From NCBI GenBank assembly GCA_010405405.1, contig MU004230.1:1832627-1896626 (forward strand): a DNA stretch of 64,000 bases. Direction: 5' to 3'. A model generated the notes under the pieces. The model was not told where the DNA came from. It did not search any database and worked only from the letters and a program-made list of their open reading frames with translations. The stretch comes from Microthyrium microscopicum (lineage: Eukaryota). The position numbers and the translations under genes were made by a program. Position 1 is the first letter of the stretch, and each line of letters opens with the position of its first letter. Below, piece after piece: positions 62,071 to 64,000 of the stretch.

Positions 62071-63065
62071 ATGCCGTCCAAGCTATCATCACTGAACAAG
62101 CAGAACCTCCTGCTTGAATTGTACGTCTTGGCTACTTGTATAATGGTGATCTATTTCTTGCTAAACTACTGTTAGTGCCAGTCTTCAGCACGCGTGTCCA
62201 GAAGGCGTCTTTGTAACCATAACGCCAGGCAACCCAACATTATGGGCAGGAGTTCTTTTTGCTCGCAAAGGTAATGTGAAAGCAAGGCGTCTACATAGTA
62301 TTCATGGATTGATCATTATCAGGTCCATACATGCCGTCTATTCTGCGATTTCAAATCTCATTTCCCGCCCAATTTCCATCTCAGCCTCCACTGGTCACCT
62401 TCTCCTCAGAGATCTTCCACCCCTTACTCACACCTCTAAGCACTTATACATACACTACCAGTGCCACTGATACGGAGACCGTGAGCGCATCTGACCAGGA
62501 AAGGCTTCCCCCAGGCGGCTTTAGTCTTCGGCATGGATTCCCTCAATGGTTCAAACAGGCACGTGAATCATCTGGAGCCAAATCTCCTACTGGCCTTATC
62601 ACTGGAAGCTCAGCCGCATCTACTGTAACAGTCTACGAAATTCTTGAATACCTTAAGCTCGCTTTCAACGAGGAGTCCTTCTTGGACTCAATTCCTCTTG
62701 AAGCGGCGGCCAACCCCGGCGCATATCACGCATGGAACGCCCATCAGGCCCGCAAATCTAGTCGAGCCGTCTCGCCCCAGTCCGGTCCATCTAGCAAACG
62801 AAGTAGCGGTATTGAGAATATGTCAGGGACCTTGAGTGGTGACAATGAATCTGCTGCTGCTACCAACAGAGGACGTAAGCCGGGCCAATGGAACTGGGAG
62901 GGTGTATGGGAGGATCGCGTAAAAAGAGGAATACAGTCCACCGTCGCAGAACAGGTTCTATTCGGAAGCTCGAGCGCGGCGGATGAACTCATCAGATTCT
63001 CCAGTCTGGATCCGGATCAGCTTGGTGCTATTCTACAGGAGATGGGGAAGGACCGGGCAATATGA
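62071..63065 (+). CDS. AKTIP/FTS-like ubiquitin-conjugating enzyme variant
   Basis: Spliced QNLLLEF|ASLQHACPEGVFV...WAGVLFARK|GPYMPSILRFQISFP...FHPL...GGFSLRHGFPQW. There is no Cys at the E2 catalytic position. Confidence 0.72.
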
Positions 63066-63423
63066 TCACGAGCTTCAAGACCATCAAATTCTACTTAGAA
63101 AGCGCTCGGCTCAGTCGACTGAATTTGTGCAAGGTGTAGTGTATGCTTCAGCCCATCGCACTTGACAAGGTGGCCATCTGAGGCGATGGAGGAAAGCATG
63201 CTCCAAGTGCATCTTGTTAACGTGGCGATCCTGCCTACCTGAGTAGAAACCCATCAACAATCACTACTCCAAAGATGAACAACATGGCATCCTCAAACTA
63301 TCAGATATCCATCAACGTCCCGGAGACCAGTTTGTTTATCGGATCTTTGCATTTTAGAGTAACTCGCCCGATATGTTTATGTCTTGGGGCAGTATATCAT
63401 CCGGACAATTGGCGGCTCCCACC

Positions 63424-64000
63424 ATGTCGCGCTCCAAGAAGCCATCTGCTTCCCCTTTGAGAATCCGCAAAACTAGGGAGAATCTCAACGCTCCCAACCA
63501 AGTGGGGCCTTCCAAAAGCAGAAAGACTTTCACCAAAAAAGAAAATGAATCGTCACACTCAATATTCTCCATCCCGCCTCTTTATTCTGCACCTCTTCCA
63601 CCACTCTATACACCAAGCGAAAACTCATCCTCTGTGACCATCACCAAAGCCAAGAGCACAATGTGAGATCGCCTCTATTCCTTATGAGCTGAGCTAACTA
63701 GTTATCCAGGGACGGATTTGCCGTTGGATTCATGACCGCCGCCAGCCGCGATGCTGCTGAGAAAAGAGCTCGCTACAAACCTGCGGCCGAGCCTGCTGCT
63801 CGACCACAATCAGAACCCGCTGTTCAGCGCTCGATGTCGGATGGCCAACAGAAGGATGAAAGCCTCCGTCGTCGAGTAGTCACACAAGTCAAAGCTAAAT
63901 TGCGCAAGCCGAGCAAGAAGGTATGTCAAGTCTTCGCTCACCCTAACCTGGTTACCAAGGAGACGCTGCTACTGTCCCTCTCGGCTCTAGCAATGCTTAC
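63424..64000 (+). CDS. Hypothetical protein, probably truncated by the window end
   Basis: ATG in an ACCATG context. A clean GT-AG intron with a CTAAC branch point (about 63663-63709) keeps the frame open to another GTATGT donor near 63921. Confidence 0.5.

Overview
Eukaryotic DNA from a filamentous ascomycete (Pezizomycotina): short GT-AG introns with CTAAC/CTGAC branch points and no prokaryotic features. I can support about 23 protein-coding genes. The housekeeping set is PEX6 (runs off the left edge), ARG1, VMA21, FUN30/SMARCAD1, ORC3, BNA1, a Ctr copper transporter, BRR2, an MscS-like channel, DUS2, ENV7 kinase and an AKTIP/FTS-like E2 variant. The accessory set is a secreted GMC oxidoreductase, a PTH11-like membrane protein, an amino-acid permease, a methyltransferase beside a Zn2Cys6 factor, and two small secreted proteins. 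A gene-poor island at about 35-45 kb holds two TA-flanked MITE-like elements. The most unusual signals are: (1) all five introns of the amino-acid permease are enlarged and carry arrays of a degenerate 19-bp palindromic unit, CCATCG-N4-CGATGG-N3; (2) a secreted protein made of two peptidase-inhibitor-I9-like domains with a duplicated intron position, next to the MITEs; (3) a tandem array of SUMO-consensus VKxE motifs at the FUN30 C-terminus; (4) frequent AAG splice acceptors; (5) a sharp strand-skew flip inside ORC3. Exon boundaries and family calls were made by eye; no database searches were run.
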